DNA of 64,000 nucleotides, taken from contig OZ024746.1 of NCBI GenBank assembly GCA_964016885.1, positions 66,960,001-67,024,000 of the forward strand. Reading direction: 5' to 3'. Position 1 is the first letter of the stretch. Each line of letters starts with the position of its first letter. Origin of the DNA: Eledone cirrhosa (lineage: Eukaryota). A program made the position numbers and the translations under genes. Below the pieces are notes generated by a model that saw only the letters and a program-made list of their open reading frames with translations, was not told the DNA's origin and did no database searches. Positions 1-11,007 of this stretch are shown here, in pieces.

Positions 1-1443
1 GCAGTATTCATATGTCGAGGCTGCATTGTGTGAGATCTGCCTATGGGTAATAATATGGCTACCAAAGGGCATATTTACCTTACTAATTAGAGGGTGGTTT
101 CAGGGGAAGTAACTTCCCGAGAGATTAGAAATTGTGAGTGTTTATAGTTAAGTGCTAATTTTTAAATTTTTTAATTGAGAGACAATATAGGGGAGGTAAC
201 TTATAATTATCGAGTTGTTCATAGCAATTTAACTTATTAGCTACAAGTAAAATCGGGCTACATGACTAAGTTGGGTCAAACATTCTATTGGCGAAGGAAT
301 TAGCCCTTCGATGTTGACAGCTAATGGTTACCTCCGTTCTATCGTTAATCGGTAGAGGTCGTGATAGAGTTATGTAATATGCTTCTGTAACACAGAGATC
401 ACAAGATTTTTTTCGTCCATTGAACGGTTGGGCCCTAGCCACGATATCCCATTTTAGTGAGTGTTTAACGTTGTTTAATTTAAGGTTTTTAATGAGCCTA
501 GCTAGAGATGTCGAACATCTGTTGCTAGGGTCTCGGAAAGAAAAAGAGTGCGCATTATAGCGTACCTTAAAATGGTTAGAGGTAGACCCGATATAAGAGC
601 TGGTATTCGAAGCAGTCTCAACCGTGCACCTGTAGACTATGTTGGGTGTCAGGCAGTGTCCATTTAATGGGCATGCATTGGGGTAACGGCAGTTGCAGTT
701 GCTTCTGCGGTTAGTGAGAGTTGGGTTGTTTAACCTAAGCGGTAGGTCCGTGCTAGAAGGATTAGATGTGGGAGGTGTGCTACTAGCGTAATTATTGGTG
801 TAGTGGCGTGGTGTATTTGATAGCGGTGGTGGTACCGCGGTGTGGGAGTTATACTGTCTTAGTTTATGATGGTTACTGAACGCGATGTGGCTAGCTAAGT
901 TAGGTGTTGTGGAGAATGAGATTTTAATGTTATTTTTATTAAAGAGTTTGTAATATCTATGGTGGGGGTGGGGTGGATAGGATAGAGTAGAAGCGTTTGG
1001 GCATATTAGTGGCTAGATTAGATAAGAATAGGGGGTTGAGACGGGTGATATTTCTAGGTCTATTCCTTCTAGGGGTTCTAGTGGAGTTGGTAGGGTTAGT
1101 ATTACCTGGGGATTTGTTATTTGTCGTGCCATTTCTCATTCCTATTCTAGGGTTGATTTTTAGTTTGCTACTTGGAGTGGGGAGCAGGCCGCTGCCACCA
1201 TTAAAGTTCCCTGTATAGGTGCTGTTACTGCTAAAATTCCGGCGAATCTGGCTATATGCTAAGGTATTTCTAGTTCTAGCGTTAAGTTTATTATGGTGAA
1301 TTGCTGTTTTATGGCATTTAGGTATGTAGTAAATGGATTGTTTATAACCAGATTCAGAGAGAGCCTTATTATAATATTGTGCGTGGTTTATAGATATCTC
1401 CTCATTTGCTGATAGCATTGAGATCCTATAGGAGATAGATTTG
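1..1443 (-). mobile_element. 5'-truncated Penelope-like retroelement (Naiad-type): RT thumb, Cys-rich linker, C-terminal GIY-YIG endonuclease and 3' UTR, frameshifted
   Basis: Minus-strand translation gives KSISYRISMLSANEEISINHAQYYNKALSESGYKQ (ORF 957-1544), then CNCRYPNACPLNGHCLTPNIVYRCTVETASNTSSYIGSTSNHFKVRYNAHSFSF (about 535-710) and KWDIVARAQPFNGRKKSCDLCVTEAYYI...INDRTEVTISCQHR (about 310-455). These match the Naiad PLE linker and GIY-YIG motifs. Confidence 0.88.
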
Positions 1444-1885
1444 AATATGCCCTTTGGCAGCCATATTGTTACCCATAGGCAAATCTCACACAATGCAGCC
1501 TCGACAGATGAATACTGCTTGATTATGGCTGACAACTGATGCAAGACACCATAGTAAAGACACCATAGTAAAAACCAGTATATGGAACACTATATTATGT
1601 AACATTATCCCACTATTTTAATTTAGAGTCCTTTGAGGTTCCGATGAGCCACTCTGTTTTTTAAATATGTTAATTATTTTCAACTGATCCAGATCAATTA
1701 TGATATATAATCATCTGATCCTGAAATATTATATTGAGTAGCGAAACAATTGTAAACGGACATTATTATTATTAATATTATTATTATTATTTTCTACATA
1801 CCTTACATCAAACTAAAATATGTTGACAATCTTTTAATAATGTCTTCCTTGTGAAGTTTGTGGCCTTGTTTTGCTTAACTAATGA
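1444..1885 (+). repeat. Inverted copy of the PLE 3' terminal region (inverted pseudo-LTR) ending at a (TA)n tract
   Basis: 1444-1518 is the reverse complement of 1-75 with 4 mismatches. The extension beyond 1518 is inferred because its partner lies outside the window. Confidence 0.7.
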
Positions 1886-1906
1886 ATATATATATATATA
1901 TATATA

Positions 1907-2585
1907 AAATGATATGAAACGTAAGGAGCTGTGTGGTAACTAAAAACAAGGTTTACGATGGTGGTTAGGACGGAACAAGAGGAGAAAGTTTTCATCGTCA
2001 GCTGTAAATGTTGCCCGATCCGATGTTTCGGCTCTGAATTACAGGACATCGGTGTAGTCTGGGTGCGCCTGATGCCTTTTATTAATCAAAAGGCCAGGAG
2101 GAAAAGGAGACAGAAAGAGAGAAAAAAGGGGAGAAAAAATGAGAGAGAAAAGGAAAGAGACGGAAATGAGGAATAACGGGGGGAGGGGAGATGAGGTGAG
2201 AGGAAGAAAGGGGAGGGGAAAATGAGGAAAAATAGAAAACGAATAGGAGAAAAAAGTGTACAGGTCCCATCGTGGGAAGACACAGATGAAAGAAACATGC
2301 AAAAGAGTAACCGTGGAAAAATAGGGAAAGTAAGTTGTGGCCAACCTGGGAGACTTTAGCCTGGTGGTTAGCTACAACTCAGAGCTGGTATAATCGTGCG
2401 GCCTCTCACATAGACAGGAGAAGGTGAGAGAGAGCCAGGAGCAGCCAAAAGTGAGGAGGAGAAAGGAAATGGAGATAATCCAGAAGGCCTTTTTTACGAC
2501 GGTGGTAAAAAGGTGCCGCAAAGATTGCGAACAGAGAGGCCACCACGGCACGTGTAAACATGTCACCAATCAAAACCGAAAGGAT
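1907..2585 (-). mobile_element. Probable PLE 3' UTR fragment between TA/CA microsatellites
   Basis: Microsatellite-bounded insert with a long purine-rich tract on + (2097-2335), like the 3' UTR of the PLE at 42.9-44.7 kb. No intact HHR core. Confidence 0.35.
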
Positions 2586-2644
<59 letters not shown>

Positions 2645-2831
2645 TTTTAATGCGAAGAAATACCGATGATAGTCAGAAGATCACTGATGAGACCTGGATA
2701 GTAGGGCTCTGAACAGGTTAAGGTGGGTGAGTTTGAAGATACTATGGTGCACGAGGCAATCTGCAACTATAGTTCTAGTTGTAGTAGGTGAAAATGCCAC
2801 ATATTAGAGAAGTTCAAGAATACAAATAACA

Positions 2832-2894
2832 CATAATTGATAATACGCACATTTCCATGATTGGATTTAGTCATCTCATCAGCTTATAATTATG
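2832..2894 (-). ncRNA. Degenerate hammerhead ribozyme motif
   Basis: Minus strand reads ataag-CTGATGA-gatga..tcatg-GAAA-TGTGC-GTA-ttat. Stems are imperfect. Confidence 0.45.
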
Positions 2895-3146
2895 ATGAAA
2901 ATGACTACTTTCAGTTGAGAACGGAAGAGTCCATATGTAGCAAAGCGGGAGAGCTTTTAGAGATACGAGGTAAAGTTAATTATGTAAGGATAGTAAGTTA
3001 ATAATCACTTACTAGAGATGCTCATTTGGATATGTTGGAAGCTTGGCTGGTTATATTTAATTCATGGTAGCATTAAGACAGCGTTTATGCATAAGAGATG
3101 TGTATAAGAAAACATATATAAACCAATATATTACGTTTATATACAA

Positions 3147-4320
3147 CTAGCAGCAGTACCCAGCTTTGCCTGGGTATGTAAAATAATATCTGGTTTGATG
3201 AAAAGGTGTTGATCTTAGCGACTGCTTCTCGATGACTCATCTATGGCCACACACATGCCATGCGGGGAGGGTGGTGATGACCTCTATCACTGAGAAACGC
3301 GGGTGATTGCGAAGGGGCATGCTGGTGGAGGGAGGTAATGACCTCTAACACTAAGCCAAATTTCCTCACGTTACTTGATTGGAAACCGATGAATTCTCAA
3401 ATACACAACTAAAAGCTCAGACGACGTCAGTAGCCATCATTTTGCCTTTGACCATCTATAAAATGTGCAATGATATGTTCTATCGTAGTATAAAAGTTGA
3501 ACCAAATAAATTGATTTATATGTGAAGTGGAGCCGAAGTTTCGAATTTGAACGAAATCAGTTGAAAAATGTGGGAGCTAATGATAGGTCGCCGTCCCTGA
3601 AGAAAAAATGCAAAGTGTAAAGCTACTATAAGATGTGCAATGATAGCTTCTATCGTAGTATAAAAGTTGAACCACATAAATTGGTTCATGTGTGAGGTGG
3701 AGCCGAAGTTTCGAATTTGAACGAAATCGGTCGAAATTTCAACGAAATCGGTCGAAAAATGTGGGAGCTAGAGCAGAAAAGGCGGAAATTTCAGCGAAAA
3801 GGTGGTATATTCGAATATTTAAGCGTCTGCCATGCCGTTCCTGAACAAAAAATCCAAAGTGTAAGACGTGAAATAATCAGATCTAGCGTAGTGTAAAATT
3901 TGAACAAAGAAGGTTGATTAATATAGGATCTATAGCCGAAAAAGTAAAGATTTGAATATTTAAGCGGCTGCCATGCCGTTCCTGAACTCCAATTGCAAAA
4001 TATAAAGCCATTACAGGATGTGCAATGATAAATTCTATTTTGCTTTAAAATGTGAATGAAATCGGTGGTAAAATGTGTGAGCTAAAGATAAACATCTTAT
4101 TTTCCGATACGTAAAAAAAGGTGACCTCCCCTATCGATTTTTATCTGCAGAATGACCCCGGAATAAAAAAAAAACGATACGGTGATATATAGAAAACACT
4201 CCCCGATGACTAATCTATCAGCCTGTAAAGTTTCATGAAAATCGGTCGTAAGATGTAGGCCCCTATAGGTAATACACATACACACACACACACACATACT
4301 TAATTTTACATATATACAGA
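3147..4320 (-). mobile_element. Non-autonomous Helitron
   Basis: Minus strand begins A|TCTGTATATATGTAAAA and ends with hairpin ACCCAGGCAAAGCTGGGT, then ACTGCTGCTAG|T (A/T target, no TSD). Internal tandem subrepeats lie at about 3260-3350 and 3455-4085. Confidence 0.8.
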
Positions 4321-4881
4321 TAAACATACAGGTAGACTCGCTGCCGAAGGAAATATGTGTACGTAACGAAACGAAAATACATTTATTTTTCTCTATTTTC
4401 CTCTATATTTTAAAGTTGCCATTATGTTCTGAGAATGTCAGACATCCCTGTTTTAGATTTCTTAATATCTCATCAGTGGCACCCAACACAAAAATATTAG
4501 CATGAACTTGATTATACTCAACATGGAAATTGGCGTGATGGTCATTTGTCGGAGATGCTCATTTGCATACAGCAAATAAAAGACATCGGCTGGAAATAGT
4601 CATTTTATATAGGGCAAGCTTGGTTATTTATATTTAATTCGCACTAAGACAGCGTTTAAGCGTAAAATGGTGAATATGAAAATGTATATACAAATATATA
4701 ATGCTTTTATATACAGACGTACGAGTAGCCTCACTGCCGAATAAAAATATTCTTTCGTATCGAAATGAAAAAAATATGAACCCTCTCTATGTCCCCCTCT
4801 CCCTCTCTCTTTACACAGACACACACATATATATGTCTATATATATACATATATATATTACAATTGGTGCTCTGAAATAGC

Positions 4882-5073
4882 TATATATATATGAATGTAT
4901 ATATAGTGTATTTTGCAATACATTGTATGCTTAATTAAAAGCATTTCGAAGACCTTATGCTATTGTTTTAGAGTAGTGACTCTAGTTTGTCACTACTCTA
5001 AAACAATAGCATAAGGTCTTCGAAATGCTTTTAATTAAGCATACGGTGTATTGCAAAATACACTATATATACA

Positions 5074-5082
<9 letters not shown>
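4882..5082. repeat. Near-perfect fold-back palindrome (about 90 bp arms) flanked by (TA)n
   Basis: ...ttttagagtagtgac-tctagttt-gtcactactctaaaa...; arms match apart from about 2 substitutions. Confidence 0.92.
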
Positions 5083-5167
<85 letters not shown>

Positions 5168-5217
5168 TATTATCAAGAAAACGAAAAATCAGTGTTGCAT
5201 TTGGACTTAGTTTATTT

Positions 5218-5308
5218 CGTGTTACAAATGTTTCGCCGGCATGTAGCTCGAGTCATGGTCCTTGTATGGATCTGGCTGATTCTACTTCTGCGGGTTCTTT
5301 CAGACACG
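5218..5308 (-). ncRNA. Type I hammerhead ribozyme motif (core carries one extra A)
   Basis: Minus strand reads CGTGT-CTGAAAGA-acccgca..tgccggc-GAAACATTTGTA-ACACG. Stem I is a perfect 5 bp, stem III is ACA/TGT, and the triplet is GUA. Confidence 0.65.
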
Positions 5309-5430
5309 GGTGTTATGTCCGGAGTAAATGTTATCACTCTGATGAATATCGAGTGCTAATTTTGGCATACCGCCTACGGAAGCAACATAGCTACCACTAT
5401 ACACAAATATATACATACATATATATATAT

Positions 5431-5521
5431 GAACTGCTTTACGTTGAGTACTCTCTATATTATTGCATTACGATTAACCATACGGAATAGACCAGCTCTA
5501 TATAGTGGTGAACCTCAAACC

Positions 5522-5525
<4 letters not shown>
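5431..5525 (+). repeat. PLE-like 3' tail family C ending in (TA)n
   Basis: Closely similar to 46168-46263 (gaactgctttacgttgagtactctctatattatt...gaacctcaaacctgaat), each followed by (TA)n. Confidence 0.8.
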
Positions 5526-5565
<40 letters not shown>

Positions 5566-6372
5566 CACGTACAAGATCTAATTGGAAAAGCTATTTCAAT
5601 CATTTCAATTAGATATTTAAAGACACTTGGAGAAAGCAAGGAAATTTGAAGTGCTCTTAAATGATTAGCGTTCACCATTTAATAACAATTAATTTAAAAT
5701 TGTCAAGAACATATAATATATTCCTCATGTGTGCAGTTGTTTGTGAAACTATGTCCCCTACGTTTAGAAGGATTCAAATATTGAAGCACCACAAATTGTA
5801 TCCATAACTAATTATTTCTGGCCTTCTCAATTACACAATAAAAAATGGTTGGATAATCAATTTGAGGCTTCTGAGCTATTGCAGCTTCATCGAAAATATT
5901 TTCATGCCGCTTGACTAAATAAATTGAATCGTGTAGTGTCTATATATTGGTTACTACTTCCGTCAACTCCTACGTCGATATCTTCTACTTCCAACAAAAT
6001 ATCAAAAAGTCAGCTAAGTTCGTGTCAGAATGTATATGCCTCTGCAGTCCTTGTAGCCGGGAATCATTTTTTGAGATGGCTCCAACGAAATGTTTTATAT
6101 TTTCCCCACCAGGTAAATCAATCAACTAGCTGCATATGTCTCTAATCACCTACACATAAACGACCACCTCATATCTTCTCTGCTACGTCATCCCAACTTC
6201 CTATCAAAAATATTACTTTCTCTCAAATACCCATCTAGCCATTTGACAACACCCACTTACTTTCTTCCATCTTTGTTCTAACTATATCAAACGAGTGTGT
6301 GAGTGTGTTTGTGTGTGTGTGTTTGGAACAATGAAAAAACAAAAGGCGAAGATAAGTTCTTAATTAGTTCAT

Positions 6373-6484
6373 GTTTTTTACGATCGTTTCAGAGGGTTGA
6401 TGTATGACTTACAGAAGGCGATTATGCTACCGGCTATTACTTGTATCTATATCCTACATCCATCTCACCATGTTCTTCCGAAAC
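6373..6484 (-). ncRNA. Degenerate hammerhead ribozyme motif
   Basis: Minus strand reads gttt-CGGAAGA (mutated CTGAAGA)...GAAACGATCGTA-aaaa. Stem III is the palindrome ACGATCGT. Confidence 0.45.
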
Positions 6485-9091
6485 AATGGATAGTTTCTAT
6501 ACAAGTTTGTGGTTGAAATAGAAATGCTCTTCAAATTGGCGTGAAAATTGCATAGCTAATTATATCTCGAGATTTTCACGTGGAGATGAATCTAGAAAGA
6601 TATATTTAGATTGATGAACCAAATCTTCCACAATTCGACTGAATTCGAAGAGCTCATAATCTGTACTTTTAAATGTCACATACGCCATTTTATTATGCAT
6701 AATGAGCTGTGTTTATATTAGTGGTAAATATTTAGATTTTATATTTATGTAGGGAAAATATTCCAGCAATTCATTCATGGTGACGAGACGATAACTGAAA
6801 TGTTGTACTTATGTTCTGCCAATCACGTATAAACAGTACTACGATAGTCACCAGCCGGTTGGGATAAGACCATGTGTCACATGGTCCAAACATTCAAATA
6901 GACGTAACTGTTGTATGCAGACTGTGGAAATGTAGCTTAGCTGGAAGCAATTCCACTATACTAGAGAAAGACTGCCCTTGACACATACTGGGCTAGGTTC
7001 TCTGATTGAATGAATGTAATTCCTTGATGTAATGCGATAGCCAATTCTCTTTTTTTCAGTGAAACTCACCTTAAAGAGAAATATTAAAAGTAAATGTGAA
7101 ATATTTTAGTTTTCTCTGAGGGCAGAAATTATTCAGATAAATCCCTTCGTTCAACTTCATTTGTTGCCAGTCCTTTAGCATCGTATAAATATAATCAATA
7201 AGTTAACTATTCAACCACAAAGACATTATAGACACCACATATATCAAAAAGAATATCAAGAAACTTTTGGCAAACATCTCCAACACACACCGAGGAAAAA
7301 AATCTCGGAAGTATTTTTATTTCTCTTTTTGAATTTAAGTTAAATTATAACGATCTTTTCATCAGACGTATATGATAGCATAAGGTCGCTAAGCTCTGCA
7401 AAGTTTTCAAATATGCGTATTCCATTTGTTCGATACACTGAAGAGACTATACGTGAAATTGACTTGTAAGTGACTCAATATTTTACAGTAAGGGGTATTC
7501 TTAACAGAATTGACAGGAATTTTCCCCTGGAAATACGGTCTTTTCCTTCGATTTACTGGTTCAGTCTATTAGACGGAATTCGATTCAGTTTCCGTCTACA
7601 CATTTTCGGTCGACTCGAAGCTATGTTAAAGACACTAATACACGCTGGGATAGAATCTGGAACTGCGTGAATATGAAGTGAACCCCTTTACTATTTGACA
7701 CCACAGTGTTCAGAATATATACGACAAATTGAGAGAAAATACAGACAAACTATTTCGGTTTATTGTATTTCGTTGCGAATTTTCATTTGTGGTTCATATA
7801 TTCAGTTATAAAATATAAAAAAATTTAAATAATTGCATTATTCACGAAGCGTTCTTGTATTCAGTATATGACAATGTCGAGAATACAACGAGAAATAGCC
7901 GCCGTTCTCTATAAAACTATAGCAACGGAGTATCTCTCCATTTTAATTTTCCTATGGAGATGTATCAGTTTTTATCGATTTAAGTATTAAAAGTGTTACA
8001 TATAAGTAATAAAGTTGGAAAATATAAAGTTCTTTATGTCTTTGTTTATATCCGCATGGTTTGTATGCAATACTGAATTATCCTTTGCGACAAAGGACAT
8101 CGAATTATTAGTCTTCTTTTTCTTACAAAGTTATAGCTATAGCCAGCCATGTGTGCAAATAGCATTGATCGTTACGTATTATTAAATATAGACAACAGTT
8201 TTAAATGGTAATACTGAAACGTTGATGCTTGCCAATATTCTTTTGTGTATTTGATTGAAGCGACTTCAAAACCGAATGTGAAACTTATAGAATATATGAT
8301 GCGTACTTTGAAGAATAAACGAGTTCCTGAGTAGAATTTTGGCACATATATTGTATGATATACAATAATACAGAACATTTTAGTATTTACCTTGTTCTAC
8401 ATTCAACATAAATATATGGGAAGAAAGTTTATGTAACTAGTGTCTTGCGCGACATATATGTGTGTAACGTTGGATGTGTATTTTGCATATAATATCAGGT
8501 AAAGTAATATCAGGTAAAGGTACAGGTAGAAAAATATATCACATCATTTAGTTTCACATTTCGCGGTGCTTCTACTGAATAATGGAATTAAACCGCAAAC
8601 AGAATATTTTGAAGATGAATGTATTAATTAATTTAATATGAGATTAAATAAAACATTTGAATACTTTAAATACAAATATGTAAATATGTTATAATCCCTA
8701 AGACCGCATTATGGTAAAATGATTCATAACTTCGCTCACATCCATACACTACAAGCATAACAGCAATTAATGGGACAGAAATGTAGACATTGTAGATTTC
8801 TGTACTAAATAATGGGACAGATATGTAGACATATTTTATGATGTTATACAGATATTTAATTTGTCTGAAAGAGAAAAGAAACTATAATTTGACTCGAATA
8901 AAGGCAAACAAAAAATATGATCTTCATCCATAAATTCCCATATTTAAAATAGTTTAGGACTGTCAGTTCCCCCACACATACACACCCACATACACACCCA
9001 CATACACACCCACGCACATGCACACACAAAGATATATATATATATAATGAGTTGACGGACCCAGCATATTTATCATATGTGTGTGTGTGTT

Positions 9092-9151
<60 letters not shown>

Positions 9152-9154
<3 letters not shown>

Positions 9155-9352
9155 CAAAGAAGGTGTGGTAAGATACCAGGTGAACCATAACGCACCAGAG
9201 TACTCGATACTTAGGGTAGCAGAGTGGGTAATAAAAATAGAGTGAGGACCCCGGCGGCTGAGCCTGGCCGTTTCGACAGCTAGATCCGAACTCAGATGTT
9301 CGGATCTAGCTGTCGAAACGCCCGGACGTCGGCCGTCGGGGTCCTGACACTT
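9152..9352. mobile_element. Family B fold-back PLE-like tail with HHR 3' half
   Basis: Starts at (TA)n with taacaaagaaggtgtggtaag. Hairpin apex gtttcgacagctagatccgaac-tcagat-gttcggatctagctgtcgaaac. Homologous copies at 24.1, 31.6, 32.0, 38.9 and 63.2 kb. Confidence 0.85.
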
Positions 9353-9489
9353 TCTCCCTCTCTCTTTCTATCTCTCTCTCCCCTCTCTCTCATTATATAT
9401 TTTGGAACAATCGACTTTCGTCAAATCGGACCGAGGAAACAATGTTTCCGTTGGTCTTTCCAATTGCTAATACTATCTATCGGTCGCAA

Positions 9490-9619
9490 CTCCAGGTAGA
9501 ATGAGCAACATGAAATAAAGTGTCTTGGTCAAGGACATAACGCATCGCCTGGTCCAGGAATCGAACTCACAAGCTTACGATTGCGAATCCAATTCTCTAA
9601 ACACTCAGCCACACGCCTT
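9490..9619 (-). mobile_element. tRNA-derived SINE, family 2
   Basis: Minus strand has GGCGTGTGGCTGAGTG (A box), GAGTTCGATTCC (B box) and TGTCCTTGACCAAGACACTT (core-like). Homologous to 50984-51128. Confidence 0.75.
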
Positions 9620-9855
9620 CATTATATATATATATATATAAACATATGTCTGTGTGTGTGTGAGTTAGTATGTCAGTTAGTTATATAGGTGCACGGTGAG
9701 AAGCACTCGATGTTATTAGGTCTTTGCATATATAAACTCGCATATCTCATGAGATATCGGGGAAGAGGCGGGCCTCAGTCATTAAGATCGATATTGAAAA
9801 AAATTGTAATATGACAAAAATGTTTACATATATGCCGCAATATTGATTTCGATCC

Positions 9856-9888
<33 letters not shown>

Positions 9889-10560
9889 AATATTTATAAA
9901 TGCATATATATATAAAATAAATATATATACATGCGCGCGTGTGTATATGTCATTTCGTTATTGGATTGAGTGAAATACATACACACACAAAAGCACTTAC
10001 ACAGAGACACACACACTCACATATATATAGAGAGATAGATATATATATAGATACATAGATAGAGATAGATAAATATATATATATATATATACATATATAG
10101 ATAGATAGATATAGATAGATAGCTAGATAGATAGATATGTCCGTGGGTGATTGACGGATGAGTGAAAATATTAACCAATACCGAAGTATAGTATGAACAT
10201 TCCTTTTATGATGTCTAAGTGTTGAGTCTTGTTACTCTAGATTCTTAACTGCGCTCTCACAGAATCATCCTTTATATATACTGCTTCTTCACATGTATAG
10301 AGTACTACACTGATTTGTGGTCTTCCCAGTCTCGGTATGGCATACTTTATACACACACACTACATAAACACACACACGCAGACGCACACACACACACAGA
10401 TATATGTATATGTGTGTGTGTGTGTGTGTATGTATGTATATATATATACATACATACACACGCACATACACACACACATGCAGACGTACACACACACACA
10501 CATGTAAATATATATATATACATACATACACGCGCACATACACACACACACATGCAAACG

Positions 10561-10591
<31 letters not shown>

Positions 10592-10699
10592 GTGTGTGTG
10601 TGTTATGTAATTCCGAAGAAAAGGCGAAGGGAAAAAGAGTGCTCTATGTATAGAAGAGAGCTATTTAATTAGAAAGTGAACAACACAATATATAACTAC

Positions 10700-10757
10700 T
10701 CCATTACCAAAGGTTTCAGGACCCTAGACAATACGTCTGGATCGTTCCTCAGACAGA
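10700..10757 (-). ncRNA. Type I hammerhead ribozyme (mirror copy)
   Basis: Minus strand reads TCTGT-CTGAGGA-acgatccagacgtattgtctagggtcct-GAAACCTTTGGTA-ATGGA. Confidence 0.7.
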
Positions 10758-10769
10758 GAAGATAACATC

Positions 10770-10835
10770 TCTGTCTGATGAACGATCCAGACGTATATTA
10801 ACATTGTCTAGGCTCCTGAAACCTTTGGTAATGGA
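10770..10835 (+). ncRNA. Type I hammerhead ribozyme
   Basis: TCTGT-CTGATGA-acgatccagac..gtctaggctcct-GAAACCTTTGGTA-ATGGA. Stem I is 5 bp with G-U pairs, stem III is ACC/GGT, and the triplet is GUA. Confidence 0.72.
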
Positions 10836-10863
10836 GTAGTTATATATTGTGTTGTTCACTTTC

Positions 10864-10954
<91 letters not shown>

Positions 10955-10955
10955 C

Positions 10956-11007
<52 letters not shown>

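Larger units (their letters stand above)
10604..10869. mobile_element. Fold-back PLE-like tail with a hammerhead in each arm
   Basis: Inverted arms at about 10666-10759 and 10768-10869, flanked by TG and TA microsatellites. Confidence 0.85.

Noticed and set aside
2678-2730. Plus-strand CTGATGA as a hammerhead
   Set aside because: It is followed by GAAC rather than GAAA and has no convincing stem I or III.
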